Assembly (NCBI GenBank): GCA_964487115.1
Contig: CAZAPD010000014.1
Coordinates: 1-27,658 of the forward strand
Direction: 5' to 3'
DNA: 27,658 nt
From: an uncultured Thermococci archaeon
GTDB lineage: Archaea; Methanobacteriota_B; Thermococci; Thermococcales; Thermococcaceae
The first letter of the stretch is position 1; each line of letters begins with the position of its first letter. The notes under the pieces are model-generated. The model was not told the DNA's origin, did not search any database, and worked only from the letters and a program-made list of their open reading frames with translations. Below, in pieces: positions 1 through 8,527 of this stretch. Made by a program: the position numbers and the translations under genes.

Positions 1-2
1 TG

Positions 3-344
3 GCTCTACAGCGCTGCGCCATGGTAAGCTGTGCCCAGCTGGTGGCTATAGACAACCTGAGAAAGAAGCTCATGGCCCTGGAGAGCAGGGTGAGGCACGC
101 GGAGGCCGGTTATCGGGGCTACTTTGACAGGGTGAAGTTCAAGGAGGATGAACTCAACAGGCTCCTGGAATACGATGCCAGGATGATAGAGCTGGCCGAG
201 GAGATACTGAACGAGGTTAAGGCCCTGAACGGCCAGATAGCAAACCCACAGGCTCTGGGCATGGCCGTCCTGAACCTCGACGACAAGCTGATAAACTTCG
301 AGGAAGTCCTTGGCAAGAGGATGAGCTTCGCGGCAGGTGAGTAA
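3..344 (+). CDS. Conserved hypothetical alpha-helical protein, 5'-truncated by the window edge; coupled to the SPFH gene
   Basis: Frame is open from position 3 (ALQRCAMVS...) to the stop at 342-344, so the ATG at 21 is probably internal. Amphipathic helical sequence (RVRHAEAGYRGYFDRVKFKEDELNRLLEYD); overlaps the next gene's GTG start. Confidence 0.8.
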   Translation, partial: ALQRCAMVSCAQLVAIDNLRKKLMALESRVRHAEAGYRGYFDRVKFKEDELNRLLEYDARMIELAEEILNEVKALNGQIANPQALGMAVLNLDDKLINFEEVLGKRMSFAAGE

Positions 345-1350
345 GATGGTGCAGGTCATAGAGTGGGTGAACCCCGGAGAGGACGAGATAATCTGGCGCT
401 ATCCCAACGAGGTCATCAAGTGGGGCGCCCAGCTGATAGTCCACGAGTACGAAGTGGCAGTCTTCATGCGCGACGGCAAAATCTACGACGTTCTCGGCCC
501 CGGAAGGCACACGCTGACGACGCAGAATTTGCCACTCCTCTACAGGCTCGTAGGCGGTTCAAACAGCCCCTTCAAGGCGACGGTAATTTTCGTCAGCATG
601 AAGCAGTTCCAGGGGCGTTATGGAGGAGAAACGCAGACGAGGGAACTCGCCCCGGTCAAGTACTACGGCGTCTACTGGTTCAAGGTCGCTGACCCCGTTC
701 TCTTCATCACCGAGGTCGTCGGTGGCCAGAGCCTCTACGATACCCATGACGTCACCAGGTTCATACGCGCCTACTTCAACGAGGGCATGATGAAGCACCT
801 CTCAGCTTACTCAATCGTCGATCTCTTCCAGAACCTCGACATGGTCAGCACTCAAGTGAAGGTCAAGCTCATGGAGGACTTCCGCAGGCTCGGCCTTGAA
901 CTGGTCGATGTGAAGATTGAAGGTGTGAACACGACCGACGAGTGGCGCCAGAGGCTCTTCTGGATAATGCAGACTGGCAATGCCCAGTATGTCATGCAGA
1001 TGGACACCGCGAAGCAGGTCGCGGCGGAGCTTGGGAAGAGCGAGGGGGCCGCGATAGGCACGGGAATGGTGGTGATGCCCCAGCTCCTTCAGCAGCCGGC
1101 TCAACCAGCCCAGCCGGCACAGCCCTACGCCGGTGGGGGCGTTCCGCCTGCAGGATACCAGCAACCGGCACAGCCGGGAGCACCGGCTCAGCAAGCGGGC
1201 CAGGAGATATGCCCCTACTGCGGCAAGCAGATTCCAGCCGGAGCGCGCTTTTGCCCTTACTGCGGGCACGAGATCAAGCGCTGTCCCAACGGGCACATAG
1301 TCCCGGAGGGGGCGAAGTTCTGCCCGGTCTGCGGGGCGAAAATAGAGTGA
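337..1350 (+). CDS. SPFH/band-7 domain protein (YdjI-like) with a Pro/Gln linker and C-terminal double zinc ribbon
   Basis: N-terminal IIWRYP...GAQLIVHEYEVAVFMRDGK...GPGRHTLTTQNLP motif typical of YdjI-like SPFH proteins; QPAQPA linker; CPYC..CPYC..CPNGH..CPVC zinc-ribbon motifs. The start may be GTG 337 or ATG 346. Confidence 0.88.
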   Translation: MSKMVQVIEWVNPGEDEIIWRYPNEVIKWGAQLIVHEYEVAVFMRDGKIYDVLGPGRHTLTTQNLPLLYRLVGGSNSPFKATVIFVSMKQFQGRYGGETQTRELAPVKYYGVYWFKVADPVLFITEVVGGQSLYDTHDVTRFIRAYFNEGMMKHLSAYSIVDLFQNLDMVSTQVKVKLMEDFRRLGLELVDVKIEGVNTTDEWRQRLFWIMQTGNAQYVMQMDTAKQVAAELGKSEGAAIGTGMVVMPQLLQQPAQPAQPAQPYAGGGVPPAGYQQPAQPGAPAQQAGQEICPYCGKQIPAGARFCPYCGHEIKRCPNGHIVPEGAKFCPVCGAKIE

Positions 1351-1371
1351 GCTTTTTTCTTTACACTTTTT
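1351..1371 (+). terminator. Oligo-T archaeal terminator after the SPFH gene
   Basis: gcttttttctttacacttttt directly follows the stop codon. Confidence 0.55.
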
Positions 1372-1390
1372 GAGAGCAACGTTCAGGGGC

Positions 1391-1609
1391 TCACTTCTCC
1401 AGCTCGCCCTTCAGCCTCAGGTACTCCTCCTTCGTGGGGGGAAAGTCCCTCGCCGATGCGAGAAAGGAGTTCACAAGCTTAACCTGTTGCCTGAAAACTT
1501 CGTCCGGGTTCTCTTTGAGTTTTTTCACATAGAGCCTTATGAAGGCCAGCCTTTCCTCCATGTCGCGCTTAGAAGGAAACTTCGACGCCGAGCTTTTCTG
1601 CGTACTCAT
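1391..1609 (-). CDS. Small (72 aa) basic helical hypothetical protein
   Basis: Protein-like ORF MSTQKSS...MEERLAFIRLYVKKLKENPDEVFRQQVKLVNSFL...LKGELEK; its 5' end overlaps the 28-codon ORF at 1569-1655. Confidence 0.75.
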   Translation of the reverse strand: MSTQKSSASKFPSKRDMEERLAFIRLYVKKLKENPDEVFRQQVKLVNSFLASARDFPPTKEEYLRLKGELEK

Positions 1610-1655
1610 GAAGGGCCCTCCGGTTCAGGTTCTCTTTAGTTACCCTTATACCCAT
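1569..1655 (-). pseudogene. 28-aa mini-ORF, probably an internally deleted gene (start fused to C-terminal tail)
   Basis: Reads MGIRVTKENLNRRALHEYAEKLGVEVSF*, with a GGTGTGA RBS just upstream and a BRE/TATA-like GAAAGCCATAAATA at about 1687-1700 on the minus strand. Absent from the ORF track because of its size. Confidence 0.55.
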
Positions 1656-1709
1656 GCTCACACCAGTAGAGGCTTCGGTGGTTCCCTATTTATGGCTTTC
1701 CTCCGGGGC

Positions 1710-1724
1710 GAAAGGGTTTTATCC
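1710..1724 (+). promoter_or_regulatory. BRE/TATA-like promoter
   Basis: GAAAGGGTTTTATCC matches the Thermococcales BRE-TATA pattern and points toward the degraded ORF at 1793-2635. Confidence 0.5.
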
Positions 1725-1792
1725 TTTGAGGAGTAAGTTTAGATACCTGCCTAAGATGAAGTTGCAAGTCTCAAAAGCAGGAAAAAGTGCCT

Positions 1793-2635
1793 ATGTTTGG
1801 TCTTAACGGGAGGTTGACGCAGATGCATGTTGCGCCGTCCAAAAATCGCATCGAAACGCTTAAGAAGAGGTACAAAAAAAGCGATTGGAAACAGGGTACG
1901 CCTGGAAAGGGATAAGAGAAATATTCCAAAAGGAGGGAAGAGCACACGCCAGGGAGTTCGCTGGTCTCATCAAAAGAATTCTGCCGACCGCAAATCCTGT
2001 GGAAATTCAGGAAAAGTATGCCGGAGGGGGTTCGGATATGACAAGCATTACGGGTATGAAGACTTGCCGCTCCACGATACAGCCAGACTGAACATCTTGG
2101 GAAAAGTCGCATCAACAATACTCGCATAATAGAAGACGCTGCTGCAGAGCTTGTCGAGAAGAAAATAATAATACCCTTGCTGACGACCCAGAAAAGGCTA
2201 CCCTATGAAGTAAAGCCGGAAGAGATTGAAAAGAGGGTTCGGAAAGTAGCAAAACAGTATAATATCCCGGAAGAGCATTCGGCAAAAATCGCGGAACTGA
2301 TCTGGACACTGGCGCAAATGACAAAAGAAGCGATCCCGGAAATGACGGAAGAAGAGGAAGCAGCAGTGCTGGAGGATACAGCAATAGGTGGACAGCACGG
2401 ATATATGAAAAATACGAGCACAATAAAGGAGCTAAAGACACACTTTCAACTAGATGAATCCGCTTTCGATAAGTATGCGCATGAAATAACGAGAATTGCA
2501 GAAGAACTAGAACAGATAAGCCCGTTCAAGGAGAAAGAGTCCCATAAGGACATCATGACCCGGCTCAATGGGCTGGAGCGGGAAATAAAAGAACTGAAGG
2601 AGATTCTGTTAGAGATCCGGTCAAAACTGGAGTGA
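1793..2635 (+). pseudogene. Hypothetical protein with a C-terminal coiled coil, apparently split by two compensating frameshifts
   Basis: The frame of ORF 2177..2635 is open from 2060 (RLAAPRYSQTEHLGKSRINNTRIIEDAAAELVEKK...). The same frame is open at 1760-1915 (ATG at 1793 and 1823). A protein-like segment in another frame (1885-2057) bridges them. Shifts map to the A7 run at 1874-1880 and to about 2057. Confidence 0.45.
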
Positions 2636-2640
2636 GGGCG

Positions 2641-3653
2641 TTATAGTTTTTCCTCAATGTAGACCCTTATCAGCTCCTTCGTCGCGAGCAGGCCCTTGAC
2701 GTGCGGCCTCTCCATGCCGTGGCTGGCGTGAACGCCGGGCCCTATTAGGGCAACCCTGAAGTCCCAGCCGGCCCTCAAAGCGGCCGAACCGTCGGAGCCG
2801 TAGTAGGGGAAGAAATCAACGACGTGCGGTATGCCCCTCCCTTCGGCAAGCTCGATGAGCTTCGTCGTCATCTCGTAGTCGTAGGGGCCGCTTGAGTCCT
2901 TGGCCGCTATGGAAACGGCCGTCTCCTTTCCGGCCACCCCTTCGCCAACCACGCCCATGTCAACGACGAGGAGCTCCTCGGTGGTGGGTGGATAACCTGC
3001 CGAGCCGCCGTGGCCGACCTCCTCGTAGGGCGAGAAGAAGAAGGCCACGGGAAGTCTTTCGAGGGCCTCGGCACCCAAATCGAGCATAAGGTCTATCATC
3101 ACAGCCACGCTCGCCTTGTCGTCGAGGAAGTGGGCCTTGACGAAGCCGTTCACGTACTCGAACTTCGGGTCGAAGGCTATGAAGTCGCCCGGTTTAATAC
3201 CGAGCTTCTCTGTATCTTCCTTCTTCTCGACAAGCTCGTCAAGCCTTATGTACATGTTCTCCTCCTTGCGCTCCTTCTTTTCAGCTTCCCTGTTCACGTG
3301 GACGCTGGGGTTCCTGAGGAGGAGCGTTCCACGGTACTTCTTCCCCGAGCGGGTTATTACCGTGCAGTACTCACCCTCAAAGGCTGGCAGGAGAAGGCCT
3401 CCAATCCTTGTGAAGCTTAGATGCCCGTCGGGCAGGATTCCCTTCACCATCGCGCCGAGGGTATCAACGTGCCCGCTACGACGAGCCTTGGCTCTGGATG
3501 GTTGCCCGCTATCAGAGCGCCCTTGTTGGTGTAGTACGTTCTGATTCCTGCCTCGTTGAGCTTTCTCTCTATGTGGGCCAGAACTTCCCTCGTGTAGCCC
3601 GTTGGGGAGGGTATCTCAAGGATCTCCTTCAGAATCTCGACCGCTCGCTCCAT
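2641..3653 (-). pseudogene. M42 family metallo-aminopeptidase (YhfE/TET-like) with a 1-bp frameshift
   Basis: N-terminal part ILEIPSPTGYT...TNKGAL...LVVA in one frame; HVDTLGAMVK...HFLDDKASV...EEVGHG...VDMG...HASHGME in another. One base is missing at about 3471-3474 (GTA GCG GG CAC GTT GAT). Confidence 0.88.
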
Positions 3654-3700
3654 TGAGACCACCGTCTAAAAGAGGGAAAATATGTTAAAAATGAAACGGC

Positions 3701-5779
3701 TCAGTCGAGCCTTCCATTGTTCGGGCCGATGAGGGCGTAGTATTTGTTGCCAGCCCAGAGGTAGAAGTAGTTGTCGTACCGATTGATGTGGCAGTAGCAG
3801 TAGTCCTCACCATAGAGTGCATCTGGAGTAAATGGAACTTGAAAGCTCTGATCTAAGGTCAAACTCGGATTGTCGGAGTAAATCGTTGCATTGTATATCC
3901 TCAGCTCCTCCGGCAGAGCAACGACCAGCTGGAAGATGTAGGTGTTGTACATCAGGGAGAAAGCCTCTACGTCCCCTTCGATACCAACTCCACCATGAAC
4001 ATCGAGAGACGGGACGAGCTTGTCGCCCTCGTAGACGGAGCGGATGTCGAGCCAGTAAAACTTCCCGTCGCGGAGAAGGGTCACGATGCCCTCGTGGTAG
4101 TTGTAGCTAACCTCGCCGGGCAGGTTTTCGGAGAGTGTGTAGAGGTGCCACTGACCGTAGCCGTATCCTCCGCTGGTGTCGAGGTAGTAGAAACCATCTC
4201 CCGCCCGTATTATCAGGCCATTTCCGTAGTAGTCCCTGAACACACCGATAATTTTTCCGGGCAGTGTGAAAGTCCTCGGCTGGACGGGGTTTAGCCCTTT
4301 ATCGTCCGCGTAGTAGAGGTCATCGTCGGAGTAGGTGAAGATGTACAGCTTATCATCCTTCCAGGCTACGTAGTTGTTGTAGTCGCCGCTCGCTATGGCC
4401 GCAACACCCTCTGCACCGATGTTCCAAGAGACCCATTTGGTGTAGTTCTTGACCTGAATGGAGGCGTCTCCCTTTTCTTCCTTCTCACTCTCGTAGTCGT
4501 AGGCCAAATAAAGTCTCCCGTCAGGAGAAGCAAAGAAAACCTCGGGACCGTAAAGGCCCATCGCAACGTCTTTGACCTCCGCCGGAAGGACGTAGGCCTC
4601 GCCGTAGTACGACTGGGCAACGTCTTCTCCATCGGTGTACCTGTTCTTCAGGCCCCCACCGTCAACGCGGTAGAGGATGTTGCCGACTGCAAAGTATCCC
4701 CACGAGAGGTCGGAGACTTCATAGGTAGTCTTTCCGATGAACCAGGGTTCAACGTTCCTGAAAGTTGGCTCTCCTTTGACCTCGACGGCCACACCCCTGA
4801 GCTTATCAAAATCGACGGTCTTTACCGTGAAGGCGCTGAAGAGGTCTCCACCCTGTGGGGCCTGGGTTTCGGTGGTAGTTTCGCTTTTCGTCTCAGTTTC
4901 CGTTGTGGTTCCCCCTGATGTTTCACTCCCCGAGTGCTCCACGCTTACCTTTATCCAGTCCATCTTGGTGTAGTGGCCCGTATACCAGCCGTAGGAATGG
5001 ATGAAGAGCCTCACGTACTTCGAGCTGTAAGGTGCCGCCCTGACGCTCCCCACTTCCTTCCCGTTGAGATAGTAGGTCACCCTTCCGTTTTCCGTGTTGT
5101 AAACTATCCTCTCGGTGAACCACTCGTCCCACACCGGTTCGGTCGTAACGTAGTTCCCGGAGTCTCTCCAGTCCGGCCCGGTGAGGGCGAAGCCGTCCTT
5201 TACGGGAACGTAGTTCTCTTGGGGCTCGTAGTAGTAGTGGTAGTAGTGAACCCCGAAGAGGAACGAACCGAACCAGCTCGTCCAGTAGCCAGAAATCTCT
5301 GAGGGAGGCGTTATCTCTGAGTAGTTTGTCTGGTAGACCATCAGCTCTCCCTGAAAGTACTTGTTGCCGTAGTGGACGAGAGCCTTCCTTTCAATAACAA
5401 CGATGTCGCCCCGCTTTACCTCTATCGGTCTTGAGGCAAGGTAGGGCCCTCTGTCGGTCTCCTCAACGGGTATTATCAGAACGCCATCTTCGATCCTCAC
5501 CTTGTCGTAAGCCGGCCTGTTCGTTTTCCACTCCCCCACGAACCATCTGGTCGTATCAAGGTCTGTGAAGTCATCGAAGAACGCCCCTTCGGGGATCGTT
5601 TCCGTGGCCGTTTCTGTTCCAGAGCTGCTGCCGGTGTTTGTCGTACTTTCCGGCTGTTCTGTCTGGCTTTCGCCCATTGTGGGGCTCCCGGTTTTTTCTG
5701 AAGGCTGGGAGCCCTCTCCAACGCATCCACCAATCAAAACCACCAACACCAAAGTCAAAGCCAATAATGATTTTCTCAT
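3701..5779 (-). CDS. Large lipoprotein (692 aa): ConA/LamG-like beta-sandwich, Thr/Glu-rich linkers and a C-terminal beta-rich (propeller-like) domain
   Basis: Signal peptide with lipobox-like LIGGC; S/T/E-rich linkers; FFDDF..W ... VTYYLNGKEV ... MDWIKV framework of the ConA-like fold; Tyr/Asp/Gly-rich beta-strand C-terminal half. Confidence 0.8.
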   Translation of the reverse strand: MRKSLLALTLVLVVLIGGCVGEGSQPSEKTGSPTMGESQTEQPESTTNTGSSSGTETATETIPEGAFFDDFTDLDTTRWFVGEWKTNRPAYDKVRIEDGVLIIPVEETDRGPYLASRPIEVKRGDIVVIERKALVHYGNKYFQGELMVYQTNYSEITPPSEISGYWTSWFGSFLFGVHYYHYYYEPQENYVPVKDGFALTGPDWRDSGNYVTTEPVWDEWFTERIVYNTENGRVTYYLNGKEVGSVRAAPYSSKYVRLFIHSYGWYTGHYTKMDWIKVSVEHSGSETSGGTTTETETKSETTTETQAPQGGDLFSAFTVKTVDFDKLRGVAVEVKGEPTFRNVEPWFIGKTTYEVSDLSWGYFAVGNILYRVDGGGLKNRYTDGEDVAQSYYGEAYVLPAEVKDVAMGLYGPEVFFASPDGRLYLAYDYESEKEEKGDASIQVKNYTKWVSWNIGAEGVAAIASGDYNNYVAWKDDKLYIFTYSDDDLYYADDKGLNPVQPRTFTLPGKIIGVFRDYYGNGLIIRAGDGFYYLDTSGGYGYGQWHLYTLSENLPGEVSYNYHEGIVTLLRDGKFYWLDIRSVYEGDKLVPSLDVHGGVGIEGDVEAFSLMYNTYIFQLVVALPEELRIYNATIYSDNPSLTLDQSFQVPFTPDALYGEDYCYCHINRYDNYFYLWAGNKYYALIGPNNGRLD

Positions 5780-5821
5780 TGTTTCATCTCTCCATTAAAC
5801 TTTAGCAAAAGAAAAGAAAGA

Positions 5822-8527
5822 TTACTCAAAGTCATAAGCATACCCATTAACGGTGAATGCAAAGGCTTTACATCCGAATTCATTGCACGCTTTGACTGTA
5901 ACGTGATAGGTTGTCTTATGCCTTCTGGCCTCAAGTTCTTTGGCATCGGCATATTCAACGGCTTTCTCCGTAACGTAATCGAATGTTGCATCCACAATTT
6001 TCTCCTTTACCCAGTCAAGAATGCCCTTCTTGAAAGCCTCTTTATCGAACTTTGCAGATTCTGGTGTGTCTATGCCTTCGGGCTTTTCTGCCCCTTCATC
6101 TTCAGGGATAAAAGTCTCAACGCCGCCGACTATCGTCTTTATGCCTTTTGCCGTCGCCACCATGCCGTAGATTATCTTCGATCCTAAGCTCTTGGCTTCA
6201 ACAGCTTTAGCCGTCAGCAGGCCGATATCTTTGCCGGTCTTGAGAACTTCTACTCTGTTCTCATACTTCGTGTAGATTGTCCCCACATCAGATTCACTCG
6301 CTACTGTGTAGCGATGGGGGATTATCCGGGCGTAGAAGAACTTCAGCGGCCGGGTTGAGCCGAAGTCGATGACCCTCCTCGGCTGGCCGTTCACAAGCGC
6401 GCCCGGGACTATTATGGTGACATTTTTGCAGAATCTGCACTTAAATGTTAGCTTCCCAACGTCCAGATAGTTGCTCCAAGTGGCATTTACAAGCTCAACT
6501 TGAGGCAGAGTTTTGTACTTGAACATTACATCATATCCCAAGTCTCTCCTGTGTTCACCATAATAAACTGATACATGGAACTCCACAAAAGCCAATCCCA
6601 CATCGGTGAAGTTTTTAAGGGTAAAGGTTTTTGTGAAGGTGTCCCCCGAAACCTCTGTGTACTCTGTCAAGCGGGAGTAAAATCCAATTTTCTCTGCGGG
6701 GATTTCTTCTGTTCCATTATCTTTGATGATTTTCATGGGATGAGCTTTAATTTCGAGTGTGATGCTGTCAGTATCAAGTATCATCGTTGAAATTCCCGGT
6801 TTTATCTTCTTTCCGTTTATCATAAATTCAATGTTGTAAACTTTTTTCTCCCTATACTTTGGTGCACTCTTTATTTCTTGGATTTCTTTATATGTGGGCT
6901 TTTGAACTGTAGAGAGTTCCTTAGGACGGCTTTCCGGATTTGTGGGGTCGGTTCCGGCTTCCTTCTCTTGGAAATCTGTAAACCCATCTCCATCCGTGTC
7001 GGGCCTAAGCGGATCACTATACCTCCAATATTTGTTTTTGGTAGGTATCGTAAGGTTGTTCAAGGGAATATTATGAGGATAATCCTGCCACAACGAAATG
7101 ACCCCAAACTGACCCATCTCCTCATAATCTGTTAAACCGTCCCCGTCTGTATCTGGACTCTTTGGATCGGTTCCAAGTATATGTTCATAATAGTCGGATA
7201 TTTCATCTCCATCGCAATCACGGTAGTAGGCACAGACGTCCTGTTCATTCACAAGATCCCCATCTATGTCATCCTTAACTGGAACTGGATCCTCTGAATC
7301 TATTATTCCATCGCCGTCGCTGTCCGGATCGTTTGGATCGAGGATCAGAGAAACCAATCTTGCGTTTCCAAACATATAGTCCAGATTGATGGGTTCGTTG
7401 GGGTTTTTTCTAACAATTACAGTATAGTGCATCTCTTCGTAGTCGCTTAACCCATCACCGTCGCTGTCGTACTTAGTCGGATCAGTTGGGATACCGAAGT
7501 AGCATACTGCATTATCACTGTGTATCTCCCCTCTCTCATATTTCTCTGAATAATTTGCCGTATATAATGGGTTAAAATAACTGTGCATCCCAGTGCGAAT
7601 GTATCTTTGAGGAACGCTAAGCAACTTTAAGTCCAGCTCCATGTAATATCTTAACTCCCTCATAGTCGGGACGCAGGTATATGTGGTGTTAAGGACGTTT
7701 GAGACAAATGCTCCCCACCATTCGTACTCATACTTATCAGGCACTGAATGTCCGAGAAGTGCACTCAAGTTTTCAGTCTTTTTGAATTCATAAATCAGCT
7801 CCGGCAGAACTTCATTAAAATCGCTTATGCCGTCTCCATCCGTGTCCTGTTTGAGGGGATCAGAGCTGAATTTAAGCTCAAGGTTGTCCGGTAGTCCATC
7901 ACCATCGGTATCGGGGTTATAGGGGAGCGTTCCAAGCTTGAGCTCTTCGCTGTCCGGAATGAAATCACCGTCGCAGTCAGTTGTCAAATCACATGAGTAG
8001 TGATGAACTCCTCCATATCCGCTTACAAAATAGTGCTCATCACCATCCTTAATACCATCTCCGTCTTCATCTGGGTTGAGGTATCTTTTCATGTTTAAAC
8101 CATGATGCTCCCATTCAAATCCATCACTTAGCCCATCACCATCGGTGTCTGGATTCGTTGGATCCGAAGGGGGCAACTTATAGACCTTTGGCAGTTCAAC
8201 GAGCTCAAAGTAATCCGTCAAACCATCACCGTCGGTGTCCTTTGAGAGGGGGTTTGTACCAAGTTCGAGCTCCTCCCCATCACTTAATTTGTCGTAGTCG
8301 GTGTCATCATCAAGTGGATTGGTGCCGATTTTAATTTCGTAGCCGTCTCCGAGACCATCCCCATCGCTATCAAAGGCAACCCATAACGTGCCGTAAATGT
8401 TGCGCTCGTCGTAATCTGTTAAGCCGTCTCCATCCGTGTCAAGGTATGCATTTTGCTGATTGTATGCTGAAGCCTTTAAGGGAGCGAGCAGCATTATTAG
8501 AAAGACAAGGATGGCTGTTTTTTTCAT
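5822..8527 (-). CDS. Secreted ~900-aa protein with about 15 DxDGDG(L)xDxxE Ca2+-binding repeats (TSP3-like/binary-toxin Ca-binding type) and Ig-like C-terminal domains
   Basis: Likely start is ATG 8527 (MKKTAILVFLIMLLAPLKASA, a signal peptide), forming an ATGA overlap with the upstream stop. Repeats include DTDGDGLTDYDE, DSDGDGLGDGYE and DTDGDGLSDGFE, often preceded by GTxP. Confidence 0.88.
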   Translation of the reverse strand: MKKTAILVFLIMLLAPLKASAYNQQNAYLDTDGDGLTDYDERNIYGTLWVAFDSDGDGLGDGYEIKIGTNPLDDDTDYDKLSDGEELELGTNPLSKDTDGDGLTDYFELVELPKVYKLPPSDPTNPDTDGDGLSDGFEWEHHGLNMKRYLNPDEDGDGIKDGDEHYFVSGYGGVHHYSCDLTTDCDGDFIPDSEELKLGTLPYNPDTDGDGLPDNLELKFSSDPLKQDTDGDGISDFNEVLPELIYEFKKTENLSALLGHSVPDKYEYEWWGAFVSNVLNTTYTCVPTMRELRYYMELDLKLLSVPQRYIRTGMHSYFNPLYTANYSEKYERGEIHSDNAVCYFGIPTDPTKYDSDGDGLSDYEEMHYTVIVRKNPNEPINLDYMFGNARLVSLILDPNDPDSDGDGIIDSEDPVPVKDDIDGDLVNEQDVCAYYRDCDGDEISDYYEHILGTDPKSPDTDGDGLTDYEEMGQFGVISLWQDYPHNIPLNNLTIPTKNKYWRYSDPLRPDTDGDGFTDFQEKEAGTDPTNPESRPKELSTVQKPTYKEIQEIKSAPKYREKKVYNIEFMINGKKIKPGISTMILDTDSITLEIKAHPMKIIKDNGTEEIPAEKIGFYSRLTEYTEVSGDTFTKTFTLKNFTDVGLAFVEFHVSVYYGEHRRDLGYDVMFKYKTLPQVELVNATWSNYLDVGKLTFKCRFCKNVTIIVPGALVNGQPRRVIDFGSTRPLKFFYARIIPHRYTVASESDVGTIYTKYENRVEVLKTGKDIGLLTAKAVEAKSLGSKIIYGMVATAKGIKTIVGGVETFIPEDEGAEKPEGIDTPESAKFDKEAFKKGILDWVKEKIVDATFDYVTEKAVEYADAKELEARRHKTTYHVTVKACNEFGCKAFAFTVNGYAYDFE

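Noticed and set aside
1090..1200. Short 9-bp-period repeats (cagccggca-like)
   Set aside because: They encode the QPA linker of the SPFH protein and vary at synonymous positions, so this is not an independent element.
363..1373. Alternative-frame and antisense ORFs over the SPFH gene, and similar shadow ORFs over the M42 gene, permease (25078-25659), glyA and ATPase
   Set aside because: These are expected by-products of biased codon usage on the real strand, with no RBS, motifs or protein-like composition.
1827..2129. 100-aa Arg/Lys-rich ORF
   Set aside because: Its composition suggests an off-frame reading of the A-rich degraded gene; the other frames are more protein-like. A contribution from its 3' part cannot be fully excluded.
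6940..8440. Recurring ccatcaccgtcg/ccgtctccatc-like DNA motifs resembling a repeat array or CRISPR
   Set aside because: They are degenerate, irregularly spaced and encode the DxDGDG protein repeats. There are no identical repeats with unique spacers and no cas genes.
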